Assembly (NCBI GenBank): GCA_951406725.2
Contig: OX597815.1
Span: forward strand, 189,864,001-189,988,000
Length of the DNA: 124,000 bases
Source of the DNA: Octopus vulgaris
Lineage: Eukaryota
Direction of reading: 5' to 3'
The notes under the pieces are model-generated. The model was not told the origin of the DNA. It did no database searches and was given only the letters and a program-made list of their open reading frames with translations. Shown here in pieces: positions 43,723-57,700 of the stretch. Made by a program: the position numbers and the translations under genes. Positions within the stretch are counted from its first letter, which is position 1, and the number at the start of each line of letters is the position of its first letter.

Positions 43723-43993
43723 CCTGAATGACACAACAATGGACTATAATAACTGCTATAATTTAATCATCCATAGTCTGATATAATAATAATATTTCAG
43801 AATATAAAAATTCCTTCTTCAGATAAACAATGTTTCAAGTGAACTATATCTCTACGCCTGGGCTGGGCCAAGTTCGCAACTGCTTGGGAGTTTATCTGAA
43901 GAAGGAATTTTTATATTCCGAAATATCATATCAGATTATGGATGATTAAATTATAACAGCTATTATAGTCCATTGTTGTGCCATTTAAGACAC
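43719..43993. repeat. Fold-back palindrome with hammerhead motif (43891-43931, +)
   Basis: UUUAU-CUGAAGA-AGGAAU UUUUAU AUUCC-GAA AUAU C|AUA; inverted copy in left arm. Confidence 0.8.
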
Positions 43994-44398
43994 ATTATAT
44001 TTTTTACAAACAATACACCATGCTTCAATCAAACTACAATACTCTCCTATATATATATATATATCATCATCATCATCATCATCATTAACATCATTTAGCA
44101 TCCGCTTTCCATGCTAGCATGGGTTGGACAGTTCAACTGGGGTCTGTGCAGCCAGAAGGCTGCATCAAGCCCAGTCTGATCTGGCAGTGATGCCCTTCCT
44201 AATGCCAACCACTCCGTGAGTGTAGTGGGTGCTTTTTACGTGCCACCCGCACAGGTGCCAGACGGAGCTGGCAAACGGCCACGGACAGATGGTGCTTTTT
44301 ACGTGCCACCGGCACGGGGGCCAGGCGAGGCTGGCAACAGCCACGAACGGATGGTGCTTTTTACGTGTCACGGGCACGGAGGCCGGGTAGCACTGGCA

Positions 44399-44431
<33 letters not shown>

Positions 44432-44628
44432 CATATATATATATACACATGTAGAAGGTTGAAAGGAACACACAAGTTGGATATATATGGGAAAACAAGT
44501 CAAGACAGAAAATGGTAAAATAATTTTATAAAAACATTTCAGTACCAGTTTTAGTCATTGAGACTTTTTCAACTGTAAATATGGAAAACAATTGAATATT
44601 TTAGCATTTTCTACCTTGACTTGTTTTT

Positions 44629-44664
<36 letters not shown>

Positions 44665-44825
44665 AAATACAAAATGGGACAAGAACGCAAAACATCCAGA
44701 CAACTAGGTGATAAAAAAAGGGACAACAAAACATCCAGATAGACGATACAAAAAAACAAGGACAGGTCATTCGAAGCCTTTTATCCTCAGTCAAGAACCG
44801 GATCATCCTCGCAATTTCGGCTGTA

Positions 44826-45445
44826 TTAGTAAGTCTTAGTGAGTAGGAAGACTGTCAAATCACAAACCCTTTCAGGTAGATGGTCCTGCTCAATCTGTAG
44901 AAAAGGCATGGGTAGAAACTCCATACGATGTACCTGGTGTAAGCTATGGACACATAAAAGGTGCAGCAATATCAAAGGAAGGTTAACCAGGAAAATAGTT
45001 TTTGTGTGTGGCAGATGCACAAGGGCAATAAGCACTGAAGATGTACAGAAAACAGATTCCATTACATGCCAGGGGTGAAACTAGAAGTAGTTAATAGCTT
45101 CCATTACTTAGGCAACCAAGTCTGTAATGGGGGTGGTTGCTCTGAGAGTGTAGTAGCTTGGGCAAATTTCAGGAAGCTCCTATCTCTGCTGGCAATTAAG
45201 GGCCTCTCGCTCAGGATGAAAGGTAGACTGTATGATACATGTGTGTGAACTGCCATACTACATGGAAGTGAAACAGGGGCCATGACTACTGAGGTCATGC
45301 GTAGGCTTGAAAGAAACAAAACTAGTATGATCAGCTGGATGTGTAATGTCAGTGTGCAGACATGATAGAGTGTAAGCACCCTCAGAGAAAAGTTGGACCT
45401 AAGAAGCATCAGATGTAGTATGCAAGGAGGATGGCTGCACTGGTG
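44826..45445 (+). pseudogene. Diverged RTE RT C-terminal fragment
   Basis: SGRWSCSICRKGMGRNSIRCTWCKLWTHKRCS.., homologous to 39646-40500. Confidence 0.9.
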
Positions 45446-47104
45446 TGGTCATGTGTTATGTATCAATTGTTGATAATAAAGTAATATGTAGTCAGACACA
45501 GTACACTGCCAAAAACAGGTTACGGAATTGTGTTGTGAATTTTCTTCTGATGGTCCATGTGACTTTGCAGCGAGCTGGCAGAAATGTTAGCACGCCGGGC
45601 AAAATGCTTAGTGGTATTTTGTCTGCCATTACGTTCTGAGTTCAAATTCTGCCGAGGTTGACTTTGCCTTTCATCCTTTCAGGGTCGATAAACTAAGTAC
45701 CAATTATGCACTGGGGCCGATGTAATCGACTTAATCCGTTTGTCTGTCCTTGTTAGTCCCCTCTGTGTTTAGCCCCTTGTGGGTAGTAAAGAAATATATA
45801 TTTTCATTGGAGGCTAACACACATCCATTTGCAATAAAGGTGAATGTTTATATTTGTGTTTCTCATACTTAAGTCAAACATTTCGGCTGAATAAAATGAT
45901 TGATTCTCAGCAACTATTTTTCATCACCGCATTCAGCTAACTGTCCCCACCCTCATCTTGTTGCCCAATGCACTTTTAACACAGCCATTCCTGCTCTCCA
46001 AAAAACATATAATCTGGATTCTCCATAAGCAAATATCTATTATTGGTTAAACATAAGGATACTGTAATAACCATGTATTGATCTCCTATTTCCAATACAA
46101 AAATATACAATATTGCAAAAACTAATAAGAACAAGAGGACTCAGAGAGTGCAAACCTCCACCAAGGCAACACCAACGTCCTTTCAACGATTAGCTAGAGA
46201 TGATTTTTAAAATGAGAATATCTGAAATAAACTCGACTGCTCTCATGAATGAGAATACTAAAAATTAATCCAACTGCTCTCAAAAATTAAGGAGAAAAAA
46301 ACAGAAAAATGATCCAGAATCCTTGTCTGGTGCTGGATCGATCCCAAAATCTAATCAGCTCGTGCCAGTCACGAGGCTAAACATCCCTGAAAGTTTCATC
46401 CAAATCCATCCAGCGGTTCTTGAGATATCTCGTCCACTGTCAAACAAACAAACATGACTGAAACAATACCTCCACCTTCGATAAGGTGGAAGTAATAATT
46501 ATTTCAAACTTTGCCTCAAGGTTAGCAAGTCTGGGGGAAAGGGGACAGTTGATTACATCGATTCTTGTACTCAGCTGATAGTTCTATCGACCTCTAAAAT
46601 TATGAAATACCCAATGGAAACTGAATTCATAATTTAAAGCCAGAAGTGCAGGTAAGCATTTTGGCAAGCATATTAACGACTGCCAGTTCACTGTCTTAAT
46701 TAAAATAAAACTATTTAATTTGAAATACTTTTCGCTTTCCTAAGTCTTCAATCTCCCATTAAGTTATTAACATTCTATTATAAACAGTGATGATTCTCAG
46801 TAATCCAACACAAGACTAAATCAACTGTTACAATCTTGTCTCTCACTTTGCTTAAATACTAAGAAAATACACTACATTTTCAGTCAAACTATACCACTAG
46901 GTATGTACAATGGAATCCAAGACTGAAATATGGTATGTCAGGTGGATATACCATATTTTGAAGCATTCATTAGTCCTCTCCTTCAATTATTCTGAATTCT
47001 TCATTTTGCGGTCATTTTGCCATGTCTCTCTCTCTCTTTGAGTTAAACTGATGCTGTTGGAATACCAAAAAATATAAAAACCAAGTTGGTGTTAATATTG
47101 CTCT

Positions 47105-47860
47105 CTTTACTCTTTTACTTGTTTCAGTCATTTGACTGTGGCCATGCTGGAGCAGTGCCTTTAGTCAAGCAAATAGCCCCTCAGGACTTATTCTATTGGT
47201 CTCTTTTGCCAAACCGCTAAGTTACGGGGACGTAAACACACCAGCATCAGTTGACAAGCGATGTTGGGGGGAGGGAACACAGACACACAAACACATACAT
47301 ACATACACACATACATACATACACACATACATACATACACACACTCATACATATATATATATATATGTGACCGCGTGTGTACCGTTGGCGATTTTTTTTC
47401 CTCTGTCTTCCCTTCTCTGGATCATTCCTTTTCCTATGTTTCCGAGGAAGAGCTCCGCTTGAAACGTTAAACTCTCCTTCTTGCTTTCTTTCCTGAGCGT
47501 CCAATAATACTATTTGTTCCACGTCCTTGCGTTGTTGTGTTTTTTGTGCTTTCTTGTTTGGATTAACTTTATATATATATATATATATATTGTTTTGGGA
47601 TTTGGTTTGCAAGATTCTTTATATGTTAAATAATAAGGCACTAAAAGAGAATGACTCTCCCCAGACACAACAGAATATATATATATATATATGACGGGCT
47701 TCTTTCAGTTTCTGTCTACCAAATCCACTCACAAGGCTTTGGTCGGTCTGAGGCTATAGCAGAAGACACTTGCCCAAGGTGCCATGCAGTGGAACTGAAC
47801 CCGGAACCATGTGGTTCATAAGCAAGCTACTTCCTACACAGCCACTCCTACGCCTATATT
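47105..47860 (-). mobile_element. SINE family A with family F and D pLTR pieces in its internal microsatellite
   Basis: SINE halves separated by 47368-47680. Confidence 0.85.
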
Positions 47861-48079
47861 TGTTATATTTACTTTACAATGTTACGTTCTTTGATTATCT
47901 CCCTTGAAAACACGTTCATGGTTTTCACATAACCTATGGTGGCGTTGCTGTTTCCAAAGTTTTATTTCCGTTTCTCTATTAGTAATTTTACTTGCATATC
48001 TATCTTCCTAGAAACTGATGGATAAAGAGATCAAACTCCATAAATAAACAGCAGCGAAACAGTTCAGAAATTAAATGAC

Positions 48080-48460
48080 ACTAACAGCACCATCCGAACG
48101 TGGCCGATGCCAGCGCCGCCCCGACTGGCTCCTGTGCCGGTGGCACATAAAAAGACCATCCGAACGTTGCCAGCACCGCCTTGGCTGGCTTCCGTGCCGC
48201 TGGCACGTTAAAAGCTCCAACCGATCGTGACCGATGCCGGACCCCACCCTGGTACCTGTGCAGGTAGCACGTAAAAAGCACCCACTACACTCGCGGAGTG
48301 GTTGGTGTTAGGAAGGGCATCCAGCCGTAGAAACTCTGCCAGATCAGACTGGAGCCTGGAGCAGCCCCTGGCTTCCCAGACCCCGGTCGAACCGTCCAAC
48401 CCGTGCTAGCGCGGAAAACGGACATTAAACGATGATGATGATGATGATGATGATGATATT
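48080..48460 (+). mobile_element. RTE 3'-UTR-only copy (about 20 such copies in window)
   Basis: ..GGAAGGGCATCCAGC..CCAACCCATGCTAGCATGGAAAACGGACGTTAAAC(GAT)n. Confidence 0.9.
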
Positions 48461-50370
48461 CAAGGGTTGCTAAAAGCAGCAGCAGAAGAGGAGGCAGTGG
48501 TAGCAACAACTGATGTTGGACACTTGAGGGATGATTGCTACTATACTGACCACAGAGGGATGTAAAGTAGGTAGGTAGGTTTAGTTTGGTACGGTTAGGG
48601 TTAGGGCTTTTTTTTTTTTAAATCATATGGCTGTGTTATTTTTTTTAACCATTCCAAGGAGATTATGTTTTTGTCGGGCTTTGGTTTGGGAAATTGGGCG
48701 ATTTTCAGCATGCATGTTTATGGGTGGAAATGAGCGGCTTGGCAGAGGTCTGCGCCCTCCAAGTGCTTTTCCAGTTTTAAATGGAAACATGTCAGATACT
48801 GTTAACATAATGACAAGATTGCAGGAGAAGCAAACATGTGCGCACTTGCAGATTTGTACACTTTATACACACATCCATCCCTCTCCTTTTATCTCTCTCT
48901 CTCTCTCTCTCTCTCCACACATACCTGTGTGCATGTGCATGCACATGTGCGTATGCATGTATGTGTATGTGTGTGTGTGTATGTGTAAGTTTGTGCATGT
49001 ATGTGTGTTTGTACGTGCATGCGTCTGTGTGGATGTGTGTGCATGCATGTGTGTGTGTGCATGCATGTGTGTGTGTGTGCATGCATGCGTGTGTGTTTGC
49101 ATGCATGCATGTGTATGTGTTTGTGCATGTGTGTGTGCATGCATGCGCGTGTGTGTGCATGCACGTGTGTCTGGGCATGCATGTGCGCGCATGTGTTTGT
49201 GCATGCACGTGTGTGTGTGTGTGTGTGTGTGTAATAGAGAGAGAGAGAGAGATGCACAGACGAAAAGGCAAGACAGGCATCGTCGGAACGGCTTTGATCA
49301 AAGGTCTGCCGAATCAGAGCTCAACCAGGTCTGAACAATAACAACAACAACAAAAACCGCTTGCAAATAAGTCTACATGTTAACATGTAAAGGAGAATGT
49401 CAACATCAAAAATATAGATCAAACCCAATTTATTCAATATGTCAACCAATTTGTCTGAAGTTAAATGAGATATGTAAAATAACACGACAAATAAATCATT
49501 AAAATGTCTTCCAAACGTGAACAACTTAAACAATTAAATGATTCGCTTTCACATCCAGAACATTACTCAGCTGCCGTCAAGTTTATAGATGTAATGCATT
49601 AACTATGGAATGAAATCGAAGACATAATTTATTATACATACAACATTTATGCTATTTGTAAGACAATTTACTCGTAAACTATGGAATGACATTAGAGACA
49701 TAATCTGTTTCGAGACAAAACGTTGATGCTGTTCATAAGAGAACTGACAAATAAATTATTGAATGAAATTGAAGATGCTATCTATTATAGACACAGTATT
49801 TATACTTATACGTAGGACAATTGACTAATAAACTATGGAATGAAATTAGAGACATAATCTACAATACATACAACATTTATTCATCAGTCTATTGACTGAT
49901 AAAATGAAATCAAGAATATTGAAGATAGAAAGCCCTATAGCTATGATATATTCAGTGATAGGCAGGAAGTCAAATTGATGTATAAGATATATTCAAAATA
50001 CTTCTTTGATTTGTTTATTTATGTTGCTAATTCAAAGTTTTACTGTTAAGTGTAGTTGCTAGGAATACTCTAGGCTGTGCTGTGCTGTGTCTATACATAC
50101 ATGATAAACACAGAGATAATATTCTTTTATTCTTTTACTTGCTTCAGTCATTTGACTCTGGCCATGCTGGAGCACCACCTTTAGTCAAACAAAGTGACCC
50201 CAGGACTTGTTCTTTCTAAGCCTAGTACTTATTCTATCGGTCTCTTTTGCTGAACCGCTAAGTTACAGGTACGTAAACACACCAACATCGGTTGTCAAGT
50301 GATGGTGGGATAACAAACACAAATACATAAATACATGCATACATACATGCATACATACATGCATACATAC

Positions 50371-50414
<44 letters not shown>

Positions 50415-51242
50415 ATGTATGTATGTATATGACAGGCTACTTTCAGTTTCTGTCTACCAAGTTCACTCACAAGGCTTTGGTCAGCCTGAGGCTATAGCAG
50501 AAGACACATGCCCAAGGTGCCACGCAGTGGGATTGAACCCGGAACCATGTGGTTGGGAAGCTAGCTTCTTACCACACAGCCACTCTTGCACCTATATTAT
50601 TATAACATTTATTGTACATATTTATATAAATTTCTGATGACTGCTGGTAGAGATGTAGGAGATCAGAATAGGGTGTATGCATAACAACTGTACATAGCAA
50701 TAATTAGTAAGGTGCAAGATGCCAGAAAGAGGAAGAGTTGGTCCATGTAGAAAGCACCCATGCTGGTACCATAAGAAAATCGCTCATGCTGGGTACCTCA
50801 TGAAAAGCACTTGTGCTGGTGCAACATAAAAAGTACCCAGTCCACTCTGTAAAATGGTTGGCATTAGGAAGGGCATCCAACCATAAAAAAACCATGCCAA
50901 AACAAACAAGTAAAGCTTGGTGCTGCCCTTCGACATGCTGGCTCTTGTCAACCCATACCAGCATGAAAAATGAATGTTAAATGATAATGATGATGATATG
51001 GATTCTGCATGTGTGTTTGCTTGTTGAAAGCTGAGATGTGCTTTTAGCAAAAACTAATCTGCCTCTAGCTTGTTTTTGGTGAGAAGTGAAGATGTGTCTC
51101 ACGGGTTTCTCTCTCAAACTCTGCAGTTGTTCTTTGTGGGTTTTTGTTTTTGGTTTTAATACACTGAAAAGAGAAGGAACCACAAAGACATTAGGAATGG
51201 TTTACATGACATGAAATGCTATCCCTGCAAACTGATTGATTG

Positions 51243-51469
51243 TTAACCCTTTTTTTTACTATATTTCTGTTGAGATGCTCTGTGTTTCATTCAATCATTT
51301 TTAAATATAACAAAGAATTTAACAAAATAACTTAGTTATCATTAAGCTAGTGTTATGAACATAAATTGTGACTAAGGTTTGGAAGATTTTAATTCAAGAC
51401 TTATGAAGACAAGACATTTGTACTCAGAGCCAGTGGTGGTTTCAGCCAGGATGATAACAAAAGGGTTAA
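51243..51469. mobile_element. piggyBac-type MITE family 2
   Basis: TTAA|CCCTT..AAGGG|TTAA; adjacent copies 55322-55548 and 55572-55798; partial 84420-84733. Confidence 0.8.
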
Positions 51470-54211
51470 TAAGGATAGACCACATGACATGAGTGTGATC
51501 TATGTCTGGTATGGACCTGTTAACTGAAAAATGTGAGGTTCAATTCTAGGTCTCACCGCATATATATTGTAGGAGCTAAATTCAGATTTTGTAGGCTCCT
51601 GGGCTGCATATACTGACCTGGCTCACAGTGATATTTTCAAGAACTCTTCCCTAAATTTCTAGATTAACTAAAAACTTATTGACAACTCTCAGAGGTCCCT
51701 GAATTACAGCTCATGCCTTAATCCCTGGATTAACAGCTTAGTGACAGCTTACTGAGCTGCATGGATTACAGTCTCTAAAGCACATGCCTTAATCCGGCAC
51801 TGGACATCATATGTATTCTGGCATCTTGGAATTGATTATCTTTAGTGATGTGAGACATTCCATACATAGCACAACTGTGTTCGAATGATTTCCTGCCATT
51901 ATTTATAAGTTCCGAGAAGACACATTCAGTTTAGTTTATGTGACAAGATAACAAGTGCATAATAATTATATTTGCATATTTGTACAATTGTTTATTTTTT
52001 CATTTTCCCACCTGCCAAGATTATGTAACAAGGTAATTATCATTGTTATTATTATCATCTTCATCATTATATTCATCATTATTATTAACATTATAAAGGC
52101 GGTGAGCTGGCAGAATCGTGAGCATGCCGGGTGAAATGCTTAGCGGAAATTCATCTGTCTTCACGTTCTGAGTTCAAATCCTGCCAAGGTTGACTATGCC
52201 TTTCATCCTTTCAGGATAGATAAATTAAGTACCAGTTGAACACTGAAGTCAATGTAATTGAATCATCCCCCTCCTTCCTCAAGCTTCCTCCATATTTGCT
52301 GCCCTTGTGCCAAAATTCGTTACATGGCACAGGCACCAGTGTTTTTTATGTGACACCATCACCAACAGAGTCACCAAGTGCCTTGCTAGACAAAAAAGAC
52401 AAAACCCCCTCAGTCAGGTGGGTAGTAGTGAGGGAGAGTACAGGACACCACAAATAAACGTAGAACACAATGAGAAAACATAAAAACAAACACGGAAACG
52501 GACTTTTTTTAACAACGAAAAAACAGAATACAAGACAAACAATACAAGGAATATTCCCCTTCATCAGCTGCCCCTGGTTCGACTCAATGCGTGTTTCGAA
52601 GGTAAGGGTATATATATATATATATAAATGTGTTTCTGTGTGTGTGTGTGTGTGTATGTGTTCTCCACTACTTGGTAACTGGTGTTGGTGTGTTTATGTT
52701 CCCATAACTTAGCAGTTTGGCAAAAGAGACCAATAAGTACCGGGTCTGAAAAACCAAAAAAAAAAGAAAACTGGAATTGATATTCATTTGACTAACATTT
52801 CTTCAAGGCAGTGCTCCAGCATAGCCACAATCAAATGACTATAAGATGAAAGATAAAAGATACTGTCAACGAGACACACATACAAACATCCTTCTCTCTT
52901 ACGTAGACACATGCACAATTTCTCTCTCTGTCTCTCCTCACCTCTTTCTCTCTCTCCCACCTCTCTCTCCCACCTCTCTCTCTTCTCACTTCTCTCTCTC
53001 ACACACACATACACACGCTCTCTCTCTCTCTAAAAGAGGTCTCCATTAACAAAGATAACACAAAAGGAGAATAAGATTTATATATTATGTTCAGTCATTT
53101 CTGAAGAAAATTTTCACATAGGAGTGGCTGTGTGGTAAGTAGCTTGCTTACCAACCACATGGTTCCAGGTTCAGTCCCACTGCGTGGCACCTTTGGCAAG
53201 TGTCTTCTACTATAGCCTCGGACTGACCAAAGCCTTGTGAGTGGGTTTGGTAGACGGAAACTGAAAGAAGCCCATCGTATATATGCATATACATGCATGT
53301 GTGTGAATATGTTTGTGTGTGTGTGCTTTTCCCCCCAACATCACTTGACAACCAATGCTGTTGTGTTTACATACCCGTAACTTAGCGGTTCGGCAAAAGA
53401 GACCGATAGAATAAGTACTAGGCTTACAAAGAATAAGTCCCGGGGTTGATTTGCTCGACTAAAGGCAGTGCTCCAGCATGGCCGCAGTCAAATGACTGAA
53501 ACAAGTAAAATAATAAAAGAAAAGAAAAGAATTTTATTTCAGTTATAAAATAACTGTGAGAACAGAAACTTGGGAAATTAATGTATTTGAACTAAAGGAT
53601 GGAAATCCTATGTGGTCGCTCAACCTGATAGGAGTTCAACCACTGAGAAAGTCAGATAGAGACAGAGACACACAAAGATATCTATTAACCCAGAAAATAA
53701 TGAAAGGCAAAGATGACTGTGGCAGGATTTGAACTCTGGATGCAAAGAGCCATAACAAGCTCTGCAAGACTGATTATTTTGCCAGTCATCCCCCATATTG
53801 AATAATGTGGAAGTATGTGAAACTAAATAAACTGAATTTTATTCCATATTTTGATTATTAAATTGAAAACGACAATGGCTTTAAAAAATGTAAATGACAT
53901 TAATATCAATTTTTAATTAAGTTGAACTATCTTTCAATTAAATTCCAGAAATATCATTGATAGTCTTTCATTACAAACTGAATTGTCATTACAATGCTGA
54001 AACCTCACTCCATCCAACCAATTATCATATTCTTATTTTTAAAATAAAATTCAAGCTCATTTAAACACATCATTATGACAAAATATCATGGCACAAATCT
54101 GATTTTGTGTCAAGTCATTGAAATGCTGCAAAAATGATTAAATGTCACTTATAGTGAATGTTAATGTATTTAACTAACCTGAAATGTTTAATCAATAAAG
54201 TCCACTTACAT

Positions 54212-55105
54212 CAGGGGTTCTCAACCATTTTTTTATCTATGGACCCCTTCAATTACTATTTTTTTTCTGGTGGACTCCCATAGCCATTTGATGTTTAAAA
54301 ATAGTTTTATAGAAACTGGGATGAGGTGGTCAAGCATGACCTTCGAACGTTGGACCTCACAGAGGCAATGCCAAAAGACCGAGACCTCTGGAGATATGCT
54401 GTGACTGCGAAGACCCGACAAATGAAGTGAGTTCATGGCTCGCAGGACAGCCGGCTGTGCTGACCTTGGATTGTAGAGTGACCTGCTGTGCTTGAGGAGA
54501 CCTATTGAGTCAAGTACATCAACATCAAAATAAGAATCAAATGGAAATTGTAGTTGGGATGCCTGTGCCAGTGGTACATAAAAATCACCATCTGAACGTG
54601 GCAGATGCCAGCGCTGCCTTAACTGGCATCCATGCCAATGGTACGTAAAAAGCACCAACTGAGTATGGACATTGCCAGCCTCCTCTGGCTCCTGTGCTGG
54701 TGGCACGTAAAAAGCACCCACTACATTCATGGAGTGGTTGGTGTTAGGAAGGGCATCCAGTTGTAGAAACACTGCCTGATCAGACTGGAGCCTGGTGCAG
54801 CCTACTGGCTTGCCAGTCTTCAGTCAAACTGTCCAACACATGCTAGCATGGAAAACGGACGTTAAACGACGACGATGATGATAATGTCTTTTAAAATTCC
54901 TAGTTTGTTTTTCACACATTTACTCATGTAGGTTGAACCATATAAAATGTTAGAGGAAGAAACCTAGCTGTTTCTTGCAACACATACCAAGATATACATC
55001 TAAAACCAAATTTTTTGAGGATCCCTAATTTTCTATTTTGTTACATGGACCCCCAAAAATCTTATATGGACCTTCAGGGGCCATGTGGACCCTTGAGAAA
55101 CACTG
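54212..55105. mobile_element. hAT (Charlie-like) MITE interrupted by an RTE 3' fragment (54315-54885)
   Basis: CAGGGGTTCTCAA..TTGAGAAACACTG; 8-bp TSD acttacat/gcttacag. Confidence 0.7.
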
Positions 55106-57077
55106 GCTTACAGAGTTTAAACATCACGAAGAAGAATGATAAATACGGTCCCTTATGGGTGGAATGTCATTCAACATGATGTGTTGCATCCATTTTGCAG
55201 TCTGGGTCTCATCAGGTGCATCCACACATTATGTTGTGTCTCGCTAAAGGTCCTGAGTTTTGGTTGTCATGTCGTTATGTGCCCGTCTGGTTAGCGACTG
55301 AAACTTTACAACAATTCTCAATCAACCCTTTCGTTACTGTATTTTTTTGAGATGCTCTGTGTTTCTTTCAATTAATTTTAAATATAACAAAGAATTTAGT
55401 AAAATAACTTAGCCACCATTCAGCTAGTATTAGGAACATAAATTGTGACTAAGGTTTGGTGGAAGATTTTTATTCAAAACTTATGAAAATAAGACATTTG
55501 TACCCAGAGCCAGAGTTGGTTTCAGCCAGGTTGGTAACCCAAGGGTTAGGATTGTTTCTCTATTATATATTTTAACCCCTTTGTTACCATATTTCTGTTG
55601 AGATGCTGTGTTTCTTTCAATTAATTTTAAATATAACAAAGAATTTAGTAAAATAATTTAGCCACCATTCAGCTAGTATTAGGAACATAAATTGTGACTA
55701 AGGCTTGATAGGAGATTTTAATTCAAAACTTATGAAAATAAGACATTTGTACCCAGAGCCAGAGCTGGTTTCAGCGGGGTTGGTATCAAAAGGGTTAAAT
55801 TAGCTTTCTATAATAATTGCAAACATTTGTAAAATATAGACAAATAACTGCTTATAAAAAAGAAAAAATTGGTAGGGGAAGTGAACGGATGGGCAGGGAT
55901 GGATTGAGTCACATTGGGTTTAAGACAAAAGAATGGTACTAGAAAAGAGAAGGGGGCAGATATATGCAGGCTAGAATGTCTAGGGGCTGAAAGGTTGTTG
56001 AGCTAGCTATCATAGGTCAGGATGCATATACATGCATTCACATACACATGCTCATACATACACTCACACAAGGGATATTGGTCCACCTGCCCTTATTGTC
56101 AGGTTTGTATAATTCATGTTTGTATAACCCATGATTGGAAGACAATCTTACCAGAAGTCTGTCATTGCAGTCACCTCAAAACTAGGGCAGCTCGCAGACA
56201 ATCTGACTCGCTTCACATTTATATTACTGAAGGTGAATCACATACCCCTACACATATATATACATACCCACATGCATACATACACTCACACATACATATG
56301 TACATATACATGCACTTTTTTATATGTATATATTTACACATACATATACATACCTGCTCCTACCTAATACATATATTTTTATAAACACCCATGTACACCC
56401 ACCCACACACACACAGGTGTATGCATATACCCATACACATATATATTTATACACACACACATATATACACATGCATATATATATATATATATATCTGCAT
56501 ATACACATAATAGAAAAATGTTACAAAATAGAAGCTACATGTGGAAATGTAAGGGGAATGTATATATATTCATACACATGCATGTGCAATCCACATACAT
56601 GCACATACATGTATGTAGGCATACACCCACACATAAACGCCCCACTCTCCCCACACATGTATACATATATCTACACACGCCCACCCACACACAAATATAC
56701 TTGCACACATACACATTCCTGCATCACGTTAGTTTTTCAAGCATTAACTAATTGTTGGTATATAATATCATTATTATTATTATTATTATTATTAATAAGT
56801 AGCTGCATTGTAAGGTTACATATCTGAACTTATATGAACATCAATATTTGCTCACAAGTGCAAAAATATAGAAAAACATATTTTTGCTTCTCTACATAAT
56901 CCATCTGTTCTGTTAGTTTAGAGGCTAATCTCTGATACCTTTTAGTTTACATACTTTAGTGACTCACAGTTGTGTTCCAGAGGTATCATGTAGGAACGTT
57001 GCTACAGGTCACTCAGCTATAGAAATGAGTTGCGACATCACTAGTGCCAAGCTGTATCGACCTTTGCCTTTCGCCAC

Positions 57078-57311
57078 CAGCGTGGTGGTATCTCTTAGAT
57101 ACCCTAAATTATAATTTTAATAATAATTATTACCTTTGAAGGTTTTTATTCCCATGCTGGCCACCTGATATGATTGGTATTTAAATAACGATCTTATCCT
57201 TATTTATATAAATTTATATATTTACTTCGTCATTATATTCACTGTGGTGGTATTTTGATCATATCACACCAGGAGTTTTAGGCAGACAATTTAAACTGGT
57301 CGTGTGCATAC

Positions 57312-57369
<58 letters not shown>

Positions 57370-57400
57370 ACGTTCGTATATGTAAGTATATCATATGTTG

Positions 57401-57459
<59 letters not shown>

Positions 57460-57700
57460 TATTTGTATTTATGTGCTATCTGAGTATATTCCACTGATGA
57501 AGGCAAAGCATTTCTTATGCAGAGCCAGAAATCCGGGATCTGGAATTATCCAGTATTTTTTTGTTTTGCTAGTTCATTTTGTCTCTTCTCTCCTGGTGCT
57601 GTATGACCATTTAATGTTGTTTTAGAGTCAAGTTTTGGCTGCTATTTCCAGCGTGATTGTATCTCTTAGATACCCTAAATTATAATTTTATATACATACA
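57078..57700 (+). mobile_element. PLE pLTR-like unit with ~45-bp terminal direct repeat and hammerhead-like core (57495-57535)
   Basis: CCAGCGTG.T.GTATCTCTTAGATACCCTAAATTATAATTTTA at both ends; CUGAUGA-AGGC..GCCAGAAAU. Confidence 0.55.

Noticed and set aside
48590-48610. Interstitial telomere / chromosome fusion site (TTAGGG)n
   Set aside because: Only 2-4 units, here and within MITEs
52520-52600. Type II hammerhead on - strand (GAAAC..CUGAUGA)
   Set aside because: Stem I cannot be closed by inspection
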